Source: Abditibacterium sp. (GTDB lineage Bacteria > Armatimonadota > Abditibacteriia > Abditibacteriales > Abditibacteriaceae). Taken from it: a stretch of 64,000 nt of DNA. Made by a program: the position numbers and the translations under genes. The stretch covers positions 928,001 through 992,000 of the forward strand of contig CBDASK010000003.1 of NCBI GenBank assembly GCA_965199495.1, in the 5' to 3' direction. The number at the start of each line of letters is the position of its first letter. Positions within the stretch are counted from its first letter, which is position 1. Below the pieces are notes generated by a model. That model saw nothing but the letters and a program-made list of their open reading frames with translations, had not been told where the DNA came from and ran no database searches. Positions 46,386 to 56,991 of this stretch are shown one piece after another.

Positions 46386-48452
46386 CTAATTCGCCTCAAT
46401 CGGAAACGCGACTTTGCGTTTCGTCGCTCGCAACGCGCCGTTTAGAATCGCTTTTTCGTCTTCGCCGACATCTTCGCCGCGCGCGATTTTCCCCGTCACC
46501 ATTTCCAAAACTTCGGCCTCGGTTTGCAAAGCCCAGTGATACTCGACGCGCCAAATCCAATCGTTGATAATTTCTTCGGTTGATTCGGCGGAAAGTTCGG
46601 GCGACAGCATGACTTCGGCAACGAGCGATTGCGCGTCGCGACCCAGCAATCCGTTGAATTCCATCGGATTGATTTCTTCGCCTTCGGCGATGCCGCGCGC
46701 CGCGATGTAAATTTCGGCGTGCGTCTCGTTCGTCCATTTGGCGAGCGGCAGATGCTCCAAAATATATTCGCGCCACACGGCGTGGCTGAGCATCATGCCG
46801 ATGAGATTTTTCTCGGCGCGCACGACTCCCAATGGCACATCGGGCGCGACAATGGATTGCGTGGCTTCGCGCAAGTCGTCGGCGTCTTTCTCGCGTTCTC
46901 GCTGGCGCTCTTGCTGTTTTTGCGCCCAAACCGAATTTTGCTGGCGCTTTTCGCCGCCACCAAATCGGCCCGGTTTGTCGCCATTGCCCAACGTCGCGCC
47001 GGGCGCACCGGCTTCGCGCAAGCGTTGGCTGGCGCCCTGCGCCGTCGAATCGGCGCGCAGTTCGCTTTCGACCAGACTTTCGATGCGCGTGCGCCGCTTT
47101 TCCCAATCGTTGCGATTGGTCGGGCGTTCGAGATTTAACAGCGTGTCAACCAAGAAATTGACGTAGCCTTCGCGCTCGATTTTATCCGAAATATCGTTGA
47201 CGATTTCGGCGGCTTCGTGCATCGCCACGGCGCGCTCGGCCAAGTCGCTCATATCGTGCGAATTGACGACGCTTTGCAAGCGAAAGCGCGCCAGAGGCAC
47301 CGCTTCTTCCAAGCCCTGCGCGAAACTGTCGCGCCCGAACTCGCGAATAAACGTGTCGGGATCGTGATCTTCGGGCATCGCCACAACGCGCACATCGAGC
47401 GAATTGCTGGCGAAGAGCGGCGCCGTTCTGAGCGCCGCGCGCATCCCGGCGCTGTCGCCGTCGAAGCACAGCCACACCGTTTTGGGTGCCATGCGCTTGA
47501 GCAAATGAACGTGTTGTGCCGTCAACGCCGTGCCCAAAGTCGCCACCGTGTTGGGAAAATCGGCTTCGTGCAACGCGATGGCGTCCATGTAACCTTCGGT
47601 GATGATTACGCCGTCGCGCTTGGAAACTTCGGGGCGCGCGATGTGCCAGGCGAACAGAACCTGCGATTTATGAAACAGATCGGATTCGGGCGAGTTGATA
47701 TATTTCGCGTCCGAATTGGCGACTGCGCCGCCTTCCAACGCGCGCCCGCCAAACGCGATAACGCGTCCCGATTCGTCCCAAATCGGAAACATCAAACGGT
47801 GACGATAACGATCATACGCGCGGCGTGGCTGCTGTTTGGCGGGCGCGAACAAACCGCCGATTTCTTCTTCGTCCGACTTTTTCTCGATCAGCATTCCGCT
47901 CGCGATGCAATCGTCGTCGGCAAAGCCGTATTTGCGCGCCAGCGTATTTTTCAGTTCGTCCCACGCGTCGGGCGCGTAGCCGATGCCAAACTTCTCCAAA
48001 GTCTCGCGCGATAAACCGCGTTTGCGCGCGTAATCGCGCGCGATGAGACCGGCGTTGCCCTGAAATTGCTCGCGATAAAAGTGCGCCGAAGCCGCCATGA
48101 CTTTCAATAATCGGTCGCGCTGCGAGAGTTCTTCTTTCTGCTCCGCCGTCATTTCGCGCCGTTCGGGAATCTTGACGCCATAACGTTCGCCAAGCATTCG
48201 CCGCGCATCGGGAAACGTCAGGTTTTCTTGCTCCATCAAAAAGGTGAAACAATCGCCGCTTTTTCCGCAGCCGAAACATTTATAGAAACCTTTGTCGCGC
48301 GAAACATTAAACGACGGCGTTTTCTCGTCGTGAAACGGGCAACACGCCTTAAAGCGGTCGCCGCCCGCCGCTTTAAGTTGCACGTATTGGCCGATAATCT
48401 CGACCAAATCGGCGCGGCGGCGTATTTCTTCGGTTATCGGGTCTTGAGCCAT
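46386..48452 (-). CDS. dnaG: DNA primase
   Basis: CPFHDEKTPSF...CFGC zinc finger, FGGR, KYINSPE, EGYMD, LGTALT, FDGD.AG, DPD. Confidence 0.97.
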   Translation of the reverse strand: MAQDPITEEIRRRADLVEIIGQYVQLKAAGGDRFKACCPFHDEKTPSFNVSRDKGFYKCFGCGKSGDCFTFLMEQENLTFPDARRMLGERYGVKIPERREMTAEQKEELSQRDRLLKVMAASAHFYREQFQGNAGLIARDYARKRGLSRETLEKFGIGYAPDAWDELKNTLARKYGFADDDCIASGMLIEKKSDEEEIGGLFAPAKQQPRRAYDRYRHRLMFPIWDESGRVIAFGGRALEGGAVANSDAKYINSPESDLFHKSQVLFAWHIARPEVSKRDGVIITEGYMDAIALHEADFPNTVATLGTALTAQHVHLLKRMAPKTVWLCFDGDSAGMRAALRTAPLFASNSLDVRVVAMPEDHDPDTFIREFGRDSFAQGLEEAVPLARFRLQSVVNSHDMSDLAERAVAMHEAAEIVNDISDKIEREGYVNFLVDTLLNLERPTNRNDWEKRRTRIESLVESELRADSTAQGASQRLREAGAPGATLGNGDKPGRFGGGEKRQQNSVWAQKQQERQREREKDADDLREATQSIVAPDVPLGVVRAEKNLIGMMLSHAVWREYILEHLPLAKWTNETHAEIYIAARGIAEGEEINPMEFNGLLGRDAQSLVAEVMLSPELSAESTEEIINDWIWRVEYHWALQTEAEVLEMVTGKIARGEDVGEDEKAILNGALRATKRKVAFPIEAN

Positions 48453-48553
48453 GCGAGAGAGTTTAATTGGGCGCGTGCGTAGATTCACGCGCCCGCTTTG
48501 AGGCAGAAGGCAGATGAAAAGAAATTCTCTAAACGGATGGGCGCCCTCGCTCT

Positions 48554-51500
48554 TCAAATCTGCTTTGAGCGCCGCTTAACTGGCACAACGGCGGCTTGGG
48601 CATCGGCGGCGAAAGAAATCGCGGCTTGAACGGCCTCGGCCCTGTAGTTTTGGTCGAAGGGCCGGTTTTCCAGCGTGGCGGCGAGCATCTCCAAGGCTTC
48701 TCGGCGTGGGAGCGGGTCGGCTCCGGCCAGAGGATCGCCTACTAATAAGCAATCGAGGCAACCTTCTTCGCAACGCGCGTCGTGTTCGGGCGAAACGTAA
48801 AGCGTTTGACGCGCGGCTTCAAGCCATTCGCGGCCCAGTTCGGCGAGTTGCAAAACGTGTCCGGCGCCGCCCGGCGTGTTGTCGAACAGAAAAATCGCCA
48901 AGCCTTCGGTCGTCGACGTCACGAAGGCGCCGAGTTCGCGCGCGTCGAGTTCGAGCAGACGCGCGCCCGCGATTTTCAGCGACAATGCCAGCGTTTCCAT
49001 CAGTCGCCTTTTCGAAGCGAAACCGCCCAGCGCGCGCGAAAAATCGAGTTGCAATGCGTCGGTGGTTTCTTTGGCAGCCAGAGTTTGGCGCCGCAAAACG
49101 GGCGCTTCGCCATCGCTCCAACAGCGCCATTTGTCGTTGGGCGCGTCAATGCGCGCGTGTTCGGCGAAGCGTTTCGGCAAATTCGTCCGTCCGTCGCCGT
49201 TGGCTTTGGCTTCGCTGTCGGCGAACCCGCATTTGGTGCAAATGGCGAATCCCAGATTCTTTTCGCCGCCGTTGGCCACCAAAATCTCGCCGTCTTCTTT
49301 ATAATCGGCGTGCAGATGCAAAACGCCGCCAAAGTCGTCCCAGAAGTGCGAAGCCTCGCCGACAGCAAACGTCGTGCTTTCGGGCAAAACCACGCCGACG
49401 CGCTCGACATCCTGCGAAACCGCACGCGGCGGATTCCACGCCGCGCCGGTAAAACCAAAACGCGGCAACAGCAAGGCGCGCGGCGTTTCGCGGGGCGGAT
49501 TCTGACAAATCGGGCACAACCCAACTTCGCCCTGCGTTTCGTAGAAAAAGTGGCCGTTGACACAGCGCGCCGACTGACCGCTAAACCCGATGGCAACGTT
49601 CAAGTTGGCGCCCGTCCAATGTTTGAGCAAGCCGTGTGAAGTCACCAATTTGCCGCCGACCAACAGCTTCGAGCCGGGCACATATTCGCGCAGAGCCATA
49701 ATTCCGGCGCGCTCCAAGCGGAACTTGTCTTCTTCCACGACTTTGCGGCGTTGCGTGTTTTCTTCGCCGTTTTTGCCTTCATCGAGTGCCAAAACTCGCA
49801 ATTTCTGAAGGCCAATCGGAAAACCGTAGCGCGGCAAAAACTGGCGGTCGGCCAAAGTCTCGATGACCGTGGTGTCATACATCGCCTCCATCTGATAACG
49901 CAACGCCGCCGCGATGCGCCAGACCGCGCCCGTCGGGTCGCTCGCATCGAGCGCGCCCCAAGCGGCCAAAAGCTCTTGATAATCGTTCTTCCAAACCGTG
50001 ACTTTCTCGCCGAATTCGAGCAGCAACGTCTTGAGCAGAACATTCCATTGCGATGCATCGCTTTGCAGTTGCTCGCCAACGGGCGTGCCGCGCGTCAGCT
50101 TTTTGGCGCGCTCGAAAAGCTCGGTTTCATCGCCGATTGATTTGAGAAATGTTTCAAACTTTGCGGCCAAACCGCCGCCGATAGTGCCGTAGTTGGGTTT
50201 GGCCTCGTTTTTCCGCCAACGAATGGGCGCGGGCGCGCCCATAAAACCGCCCATTTTTCCGTAGGCCGTCATCGCTCCAGTGCGTTGCTCTTGCGCTTGC
50301 GAACGCGCGAAAAATTCGCCCAACAAAAATGCGGCGAGATGACGCCGCGCCACGCGCTCGCGGCCCAAGTTGACGCGTGGCACGCGCAACTGTCGGCCCA
50401 GATAATCGCCGAAACGCGCGAAAACTTCGCGGTCGAAGGGCGTGGGTTTGGTGTGAGTGAGCGCCAGCGACGAACCATCGGCGCGGCGTCCGGCGCGGCC
50501 CGCGCGCTGAAAATAATTGGCTGGGCCGGGCGGCACGTTCGACATAAAAACCGCGCCCAAACCGCCGATGTCAATGCCCATTTCGAGCGTCGTTGTCGAA
50601 GACAACACGTTGCGCGCGCCGACTTTGAACAGGTCTTGCAAACGCCGGTTTTCGGGCGGCGAAAGCTGCGCCGAATGTTCTTCGGCCCACAGACCAATTG
50701 AGAAAACTGGATCGCTCAGAAACTCACGCCGCAAGCGTCCCAAACGTGGATGCGCATCGAGTTGCTCCGGCGTGGCTGCCATCAGCGCCTTCGCGCCGAT
50801 TTCAGGCGCGGCTCCGGCCACGCTGCGCGCGAACGCCCAACCCGTCGTCGGGCACAGAAAAACGTCGAGCGGCGCACGCAGTCCCAATTTGTCAAAACGC
50901 AGACGAATCGCCTCAATCGAAAGCGTCTTGGTTTGGCCGGTTCGCACTTCGCGCTTATCTTTTTCAAGCCACGACAAATCGGCGTTTAAAAGCTGTTGCC
51001 ACGCCGCCTCCAACACATTTCGATAGAGATTGATGCGTGCAATTTCATCCAAACCGAGGCGTTCCAAAACGTCGAGCGTGAAACGCGAGCGCCGGTGCCG
51101 TTGGGTTTCGCCAATGAAGCGTCCCAAACGCAGACCAAAAATTTGATTTTCGCAGCACCAGCGTCCCAGAGGAATGTAGCCGCTCGAAAACTCTTCGTCC
51201 GCAACGTCGTCGCCCAAGGTCAGAAACCCCTCGGCGCGCATTGTATCGAGCAACGCCGCCAGATAATCGCTCCAATGCGCGCGCAAACCGTTTAGCGTGG
51301 CGCCGCTTAGGATGCCCGCGAGTTGCGGCGGCACTTGCAATTCAGCGAGACCGGGATAGGTGATTTCGGCCAATCCCAGCGTTTCGACCGAGGTGCCGTC
51401 GTTGCCGCGCGCGGCGAGTTGCGCGCCCATCAATAGGCGCAATCGCTTCTTGATTTCTCTGGCGTTTTTCTCCCATCTATCCTGAATCCAATCGCCCGCC

Positions 51501-53911
51501 TGATGTTTGGTCGCGCCGTCGAAATCCATGATTTCGGCGATTAAAGGCGATTGTTCCAAGAGCGCTGCCCAATCGCCCAATCCGCCGCCGACTTCGAGCG
51601 CCCGTAAATCTTCCACAAGTCGTTCGATGTCGCGTTCGTCGCGCATTCGCAGCATTGCGCTGCGATTGGTATCGGCGGCGCGGGCGCGCAAATGGGCCAA
51701 ATCACTTTCGATCTGGGCGATGGTTTCGCCGTTTCCGGCGTTTTCGACCAGCAAACGCGAAAGCGCCGCGCGCACGACCTGGCGTTCGTGCTGGCGCGTG
51801 AGCCGCGGCCCCAAGCGCGCCGCTTCGCCGCGCGAATCGGAAAACGCCAGCAAACGCCGCCCGCCCGCAGGCAGCCACGCCCGCGCCGCCGCCGGAAACG
51901 GCGGCAGTTGCGAGAGCGTCGTCTCGGCCAAAATCGATTGCACCAGCGTGTGCGCCGCGCGAAACCGCTCGAATTCGTTGCTCTGCCCGCAACACGAACA
52001 CGTCGGAAATTTTTTGCTCTCTTCGCGCCATTTCGCAGTTTTAATCAGAGAGTTTTCGGAAAGTTCGTCGTCGGCACGTTCTTCTTTTTCGCCCGTCGCG
52101 CTCAAAGGAAACAATTCGCGGCCCGCTCTCGCGCCCAATTTGCCGAAGACCGGATCGAACAATTGCGTGTGATTGTCATTGCCTTGCAGCGCGAAAAATA
52201 GCGATTTCTCTTCTTTGTCGCCCACATTTGGCTTGGAATAGCCTTTGGTTTGGAGCGGCGATAAAGTCCCATCGCTGGCACACCTGGCGCCCACGAACGC
52301 TTCGCCGCAGTTGTTGCAGCGCACCAGCGACAGCAGAGCGCCCGCGCAGTGCGGACAGTTTTGGCCCGCAGATGCGCTTAAAACACCCCAGACCGGATGG
52401 CGCGGCGTGCCTTTGCAATTGGGATTCAAGCAGATATTGATGCCCGCCGCGCCACGCGCCAATAAGTGAATGCGATGTGGCACGAGCGGATAATCGCCGA
52501 TATTTTGCCGCGCGGCGGCGCCCATTTGCAGCAACAAAGCCGTCGCGCGGCACGCCGTGACTTCATCGGCGGCGCCCCACAACTGGCGCGATAAATCGGG
52601 CAACGATAAGCGACTGTGCGCGCGCAAAATTCGATTGAGTTGCTGCACGAGCGGCGCATTTTCGAGCGCCCACAACACGCGCGCCGGATGGTTTTCGGTC
52701 GTCATTGCGGGCGTTGTCAGGGCAGAATCGGCCACTAAAAGTGGCAAAAGCTGCTTCCATTGGGCGGCGATTTGCGGTTCGGGCGCCAAAGTCGCCTCGC
52801 CGGTTTGAGCATCCAGACAAATGGTGGCTTCACGCGGCCACGCCGTCTCCAAGATCTGCGCGGGCGTTGGAGTTTGAGCGGGCGGCAACGGCGTCGGGTA
52901 TGATTCGGGCGCCCGTTCGCCCGTCACGACGTGAACGGAAGCGTCGTCTTTGCCAAAGAGTTGCGCGGCGAACGCGCGCAAATCGTCGCGCGTGCCGCCC
53001 AGCGTCGCCGAAGTTGCCAGATGCAGAATTTCGTTGGGTTCTTTGCCGCAACGCAGCAACACGCGCCGCAACAACAATGTGATTTCGGCGGCTAAAGTTC
53101 CGGCGTAAAGGTGGGCTTCATCTAAAACGATGGTGCGCAAACTCGGCCCGAAAAACGGCGCGTCCTGCGGGCGGCACAACATATATTCGAGCATCGAATA
53201 ATTGGTGATAATGATGTCGGGCGGGTCTTTGCGCGCTGCCTCGCGGGTGCGGCGGCGCCAAGGAGTGCCGGGCGGTATATCGCGTTTGTCGGCGAAGCGG
53301 TCGTTTTCTGGCGTTTCGCTGGTGAGATGAAAAAAGGAAAATTCGTTTTGCTGGCACAACCATTTTTCCAATCGTTCGACCTGATCGTTGACCAGAGCGT
53401 TCATCGGATAAAGCAAAATCGCTTTCACGCCCGCGCCGCCTGGGGCGGACGAATCGGCCCACAAATCGTTGAGAAGTGGCAGCAAAAACGCCTCGGTTTT
53501 TCCGGCGCCCGTCGGCGCCGTCACCACCAGAACCGGACGCCGATTTTTCGCTCGATGGCGCGCTTCCAACAGCACGGTTTCGCGCTGATGACTGTAAAGC
53601 GGGCGCTCGCGTGGCATCACGCCGCGCGCTTCGAGATGCGCGGCCAACTCCGCATTGAACACTCCGTCGGCAACGAGATTTTCCAAACCCTGATCGCTAC
53701 TTTTAGCGGGCGGCGCGGCCTCGACCCACAAATCGGAAAGCAAGCCGCCGCGCGCGGGCACATCGCTCCACAAATCGCGCAAAATTTGGCCGAGTTGCGC
53801 ATCGCGCACCCAATGACGATCGAGATGAAAATCGACCAAACGAGTTCGCAGCGCGTGAGAAAGGCCGATGGCGTCAATTTGAGCCGCGTCGGAAGAAGTG
53901 AAATTACGCAT
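48554..53911 (-). CDS. Large DEAH-box SF2 helicase with Zn-binding inserts and C-terminal DUF1998 (DruE-like)
   Basis: TGAGKTEAF, YPMNALVNDQ, TNYSMLEYML.RP.D, DEAH, SAT, FSDSR, EHSAQ, TTTLEMGIDIG, QRAGRAGRR, LPRYGFP, DNTPGGAG, C...CLDCL. Confidence 0.9.
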   Translation of the reverse strand: MRNFTSSDAAQIDAIGLSHALRTRLVDFHLDRHWVRDAQLGQILRDLWSDVPARGGLLSDLWVEAAPPAKSSDQGLENLVADGVFNAELAAHLEARGVMPRERPLYSHQRETVLLEARHRAKNRRPVLVVTAPTGAGKTEAFLLPLLNDLWADSSAPGGAGVKAILLYPMNALVNDQVERLEKWLCQQNEFSFFHLTSETPENDRFADKRDIPPGTPWRRRTREAARKDPPDIIITNYSMLEYMLCRPQDAPFFGPSLRTIVLDEAHLYAGTLAAEITLLLRRVLLRCGKEPNEILHLATSATLGGTRDDLRAFAAQLFGKDDASVHVVTGERAPESYPTPLPPAQTPTPAQILETAWPREATICLDAQTGEATLAPEPQIAAQWKQLLPLLVADSALTTPAMTTENHPARVLWALENAPLVQQLNRILRAHSRLSLPDLSRQLWGAADEVTACRATALLLQMGAAARQNIGDYPLVPHRIHLLARGAAGINICLNPNCKGTPRHPVWGVLSASAGQNCPHCAGALLSLVRCNNCGEAFVGARCASDGTLSPLQTKGYSKPNVGDKEEKSLFFALQGNDNHTQLFDPVFGKLGARAGRELFPLSATGEKEERADDELSENSLIKTAKWREESKKFPTCSCCGQSNEFERFRAAHTLVQSILAETTLSQLPPFPAAARAWLPAGGRRLLAFSDSRGEAARLGPRLTRQHERQVVRAALSRLLVENAGNGETIAQIESDLAHLRARAADTNRSAMLRMRDERDIERLVEDLRALEVGGGLGDWAALLEQSPLIAEIMDFDGATKHQAGDWIQDRWEKNAREIKKRLRLLMGAQLAARGNDGTSVETLGLAEITYPGLAELQVPPQLAGILSGATLNGLRAHWSDYLAALLDTMRAEGFLTLGDDVADEEFSSGYIPLGRWCCENQIFGLRLGRFIGETQRHRRSRFTLDVLERLGLDEIARINLYRNVLEAAWQQLLNADLSWLEKDKREVRTGQTKTLSIEAIRLRFDKLGLRAPLDVFLCPTTGWAFARSVAGAAPEIGAKALMAATPEQLDAHPRLGRLRREFLSDPVFSIGLWAEEHSAQLSPPENRRLQDLFKVGARNVLSSTTTLEMGIDIGGLGAVFMSNVPPGPANYFQRAGRAGRRADGSSLALTHTKPTPFDREVFARFGDYLGRQLRVPRVNLGRERVARRHLAAFLLGEFFARSQAQEQRTGAMTAYGKMGGFMGAPAPIRWRKNEAKPNYGTIGGGLAAKFETFLKSIGDETELFERAKKLTRGTPVGEQLQSDASQWNVLLKTLLLEFGEKVTVWKNDYQELLAAWGALDASDPTGAVWRIAAALRYQMEAMYDTTVIETLADRQFLPRYGFPIGLQKLRVLALDEGKNGEENTQRRKVVEEDKFRLERAGIMALREYVPGSKLLVGGKLVTSHGLLKHWTGANLNVAIGFSGQSARCVNGHFFYETQGEVGLCPICQNPPRETPRALLLPRFGFTGAAWNPPRAVSQDVERVGVVLPESTTFAVGEASHFWDDFGGVLHLHADYKEDGEILVANGGEKNLGFAICTKCGFADSEAKANGDGRTNLPKRFAEHARIDAPNDKWRCWSDGEAPVLRRQTLAAKETTDALQLDFSRALGGFASKRRLMETLALSLKIAGARLLELDARELGAFVTSTTEGLAIFLFDNTPGGAGHVLQLAELGREWLEAARQTLYVSPEHDARCEEGCLDCLLVGDPLAGADPLPRREALEMLAATLENRPFDQNYRAEAVQAAISFAADAQAAVVPVKRRSKQI

Positions 53912-53915
53912 ATTT

Positions 53916-56780
53916 TTAGCGAGAGGATTGAAGTTGTGCGGCCAGTCTTTCGAGCAAGTAGGTCGCGGCAAATTGGCGATTCGTGGAAGATTCGAGCGCA
54001 AAGCGTAGGGCGTGACTGTCGCTATCGCTCGATGTTGCGCCTTCAAGGCGCGCTTTGAGCCGACTTTTTAGTTGGCTAATTTCGGGCGAGCGAGAAACGG
54101 GCGACGCGGATTTTATCGCTTCGAGCGCGCTACGAAAGAGCCGCGCAAATCCCGACTGACCGTTGGCCCAATCGCGCGCGATGGCCAACATCAAAAATGG
54201 GTCGGCTTCGCCCAATTCGCGCAGCAGTTGAGGCGGCGCGGCGCCCGTTTTTTCGCCCCAAACCGCGAATAAGGCTTTGGCGGTGGCGTTGTCGCCGTTC
54301 CAGTTGCCGCGAAACACAGCGCGCACCAACTCGCCGCCGTCGTTGGAAAATCGCAAATCCCAATTGTTGGCCGTTTTGCCCAGCCACGCCCGCAGAACTT
54401 CGATCGGCCAATGGTGAGCCAGAGCGAAATAGAGCGACTTTTGTTCGTGCCAGGGCAAACGCATCCAACGCGCCATCAGCGCGAACCGATAGGCGCGTTC
54501 GCTTTCCCAATTTTTCGGACACAGCTCGCGCCAATCTTCCGTGAAGTGCGCGCCCAACCATGTGCCCGCGAAGGCGATACCCGCGCCCAAAACCGGCGCG
54601 CTTTCGTGCTGAAAACTAAACGGCACAATCCAACGTTTGCCCGCGTCCATCGGCACGATTTGCTCGCCCAATCCCATCGCAAGCGCGCCACGATGTCCCC
54701 AGACCACGACTTTATGGGCCTGCGTCGGTTCGACGGCGGTGCTTAAAGTCAGATGAATTTCGCTGCGCGCGCGGCGCTTCACGTCGAGCAAAATGCCGCC
54801 ATCGCGCACCGAGCGAGCGATTTCGATTCGCGTGTTCTCGCTCGCAAAAGGCGCTTCGCGCACCGAAAGCGGCGCTCCGGACGGTTGCGCCGGGCGCAAT
54901 GCGCGCGGGCGGCGCGGAACCGAGGCAAACGGCAAATCGCCCTGACAAACTTGAGCGTTTTCGTTCCATTGTCCCCAAATTTTCCATTCGCGTTCTTGGC
55001 CGGTATTCCAAATTTCGCTGCCATCGGCAATTTTCCATTCATCGGCGAAATCCATCGAATTTCGCCGCGTCAATCGCCACAACACCACGCAAAGCGGCAC
55101 GTTGACGCGTCGTTCAACTGTCGTTTGTTCATCATTTGGGCCGTTGAGATCGGCCTCTATTGTTACCGTCGCAGCCAGCGTTTGGAGCGAAAATGGCGGC
55201 GCGACGAAGAGATTTTCGCCTTCGGATTGCAGCCAACGCCCGCCCCAGCGTAACGCCCGCACTCTGACCCTGGCCGGACACCGAATTTTCATTTGCCACG
55301 ACTGCCCCAAACGCAAACCTGCGGGCAGCGAAACGACGCTCAAATCGAAATCGCGCGCCCACTCCGGCTCTTCTTTTTGCGGCGTTTTCCAGAACGGCAC
55401 GCCATCTTCCAGAATGCGCGCGTTTTCAAACCAGTCGAATTCGGGCCGCAGAAAAACGCGCTTTCCCATGCGACTATATTGAGTTGGTAACGGCTCGATT
55501 TGCAGATCGTCGTCAACCAGCAACGCGTAAGAAGTCTGCGCGCGCGGCACGGTTTTCCAGACATCGTAGCGACGCCCAGTTTGCAAATTCCACCAGCCGA
55601 ATCCATCCTGAGCGTCCCACAACGCGAGCGCTTGTTTGGCCACGACCTGCGAAACACCAGTCACCAGGCGCGCCGTCAGCGTCGGCTCAATTAAGGGCAG
55701 TTCGCACTGGGCGTGGCTGGGCTTGAAGCGGCGGCTTTTGCCCTGCCGAATCCATTGGCCGACGCACTCGTCTTCGATATAGAGCGCAAGCGCGCCGTTT
55801 TCGAGGTAGGGCGCATTTTCGGGCGCCACGAAATCGAGGAGCGCGACACGAAAAACCGGTTCCAGTCCTTCGAGTTTGAGAGTCGTTTCGCCCAAAAACT
55901 GCGCGAGGGAAAGCGGCGCTTGCGCGTCCCAAATGGTGGCCATCGCCTGCGAAATCCGCGAGTTTTGCGCATCGGTTCGGGTGTTGCTAATTTTGCGCAA
56001 CCCCGATTGTGCACGCGCATTGTCGCATATTTCTTCCGCCCACAAAGGCAAAATCCACGGCGAAGCGATATGTTTAATTTTCCAATCCGACGGCGAAATT
56101 TGGCCGTCGCGCAGTTCGTGCAAATCGTTCCAAAAGCGGCCAAACGAGGCGCTCGAAGTCGAGTTGCCGCGCACCAAATCGCGCACGGGTGTCGGCCAAT
56201 AGTAACCGCACAGCCAGTGCGGAAGCCGTTTTGAACCGGTCAGCGTGAAGCCATATTGAAGTCGAATCGTGCCCATGTAGGCTTGCCGTTCGTCGCCCGG
56301 AAAACAGTGGCGCAAGTTCCAATGATAAGCGGCCCGTTCGATGGCGCGATAGACGCAGCCACGGGGGGCGCCTACATCGTTCCAGAAGACGCCGTGACTC
56401 TCCTCAAAACGATTATTGCGATTTTTATCGCGCTGAATCGTCGGCCAAAGTTCGTCTTCACTGCCTTCTCGCCGCATGGCTTCGGCGCAAAAGACGATCA
56501 GCAACAATCCAAACGCCGTGATTGAGGAAAGCGTTTTTCCAGCAATCCTCACGGTATGTTCTTGATGGCCGCTCGTCCAACTTTTGGCTTCGTCAAATTC
56601 CAAATGGCGCGCCCAATTTTGCAACCATTCCCAGTCGTCTTCGCCGAGTTTGAGTTCGCAAAGCGACCACGGCAAAGCATGAGGCTCCATCCATCCCGCC
56701 TGTTGAGCTTGATTTGTCAGTCGCTCAATCGCTTGAAGCGAGATGGCATCAGAAGAAATTGGCAAATCTTGGAAAATCAT
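53916..56780 (-). CDS. 954-aa Trp-rich hypothetical protein, operon partner of the helicase (DruH-like by position and size)
   Basis: Stop lies 4 nt before the helicase ATG; no recognisable catalytic motif. Confidence 0.75.
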   Translation of the reverse strand: MIFQDLPISSDAISLQAIERLTNQAQQAGWMEPHALPWSLCELKLGEDDWEWLQNWARHLEFDEAKSWTSGHQEHTVRIAGKTLSSITAFGLLLIVFCAEAMRREGSEDELWPTIQRDKNRNNRFEESHGVFWNDVGAPRGCVYRAIERAAYHWNLRHCFPGDERQAYMGTIRLQYGFTLTGSKRLPHWLCGYYWPTPVRDLVRGNSTSSASFGRFWNDLHELRDGQISPSDWKIKHIASPWILPLWAEEICDNARAQSGLRKISNTRTDAQNSRISQAMATIWDAQAPLSLAQFLGETTLKLEGLEPVFRVALLDFVAPENAPYLENGALALYIEDECVGQWIRQGKSRRFKPSHAQCELPLIEPTLTARLVTGVSQVVAKQALALWDAQDGFGWWNLQTGRRYDVWKTVPRAQTSYALLVDDDLQIEPLPTQYSRMGKRVFLRPEFDWFENARILEDGVPFWKTPQKEEPEWARDFDLSVVSLPAGLRLGQSWQMKIRCPARVRVRALRWGGRWLQSEGENLFVAPPFSLQTLAATVTIEADLNGPNDEQTTVERRVNVPLCVVLWRLTRRNSMDFADEWKIADGSEIWNTGQEREWKIWGQWNENAQVCQGDLPFASVPRRPRALRPAQPSGAPLSVREAPFASENTRIEIARSVRDGGILLDVKRRARSEIHLTLSTAVEPTQAHKVVVWGHRGALAMGLGEQIVPMDAGKRWIVPFSFQHESAPVLGAGIAFAGTWLGAHFTEDWRELCPKNWESERAYRFALMARWMRLPWHEQKSLYFALAHHWPIEVLRAWLGKTANNWDLRFSNDGGELVRAVFRGNWNGDNATAKALFAVWGEKTGAAPPQLLRELGEADPFLMLAIARDWANGQSGFARLFRSALEAIKSASPVSRSPEISQLKSRLKARLEGATSSDSDSHALRFALESSTNRQFAATYLLERLAAQLQSSR

Positions 56781-56991
56781 GGATAACGAGTTTTTTAATT
56801 TAATATCAGTTTCATTACCAGTTTACTAATCAGGCATAATATCCAAACGTTGCTTCGGACTGGCGCGCGCGACAATGGCAATGGCGCCAACAAATTCGAT
56901 GCGTTATAGTGGGCATTCACCGCGTAAAATGTTTTGACATGTCGCCTCTTTGAACCCTTTGGCAAATTAAGTCGAAGTAAACTGATTTACA

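Noticed and set aside
48554..53911. DISARM (DrmB) or Cas3 assignment for the helicase
   Set aside because: Helicase and DUF1998 are fused, with no methylase, DrmA or HD domain nearby; the architecture fits DruE better.
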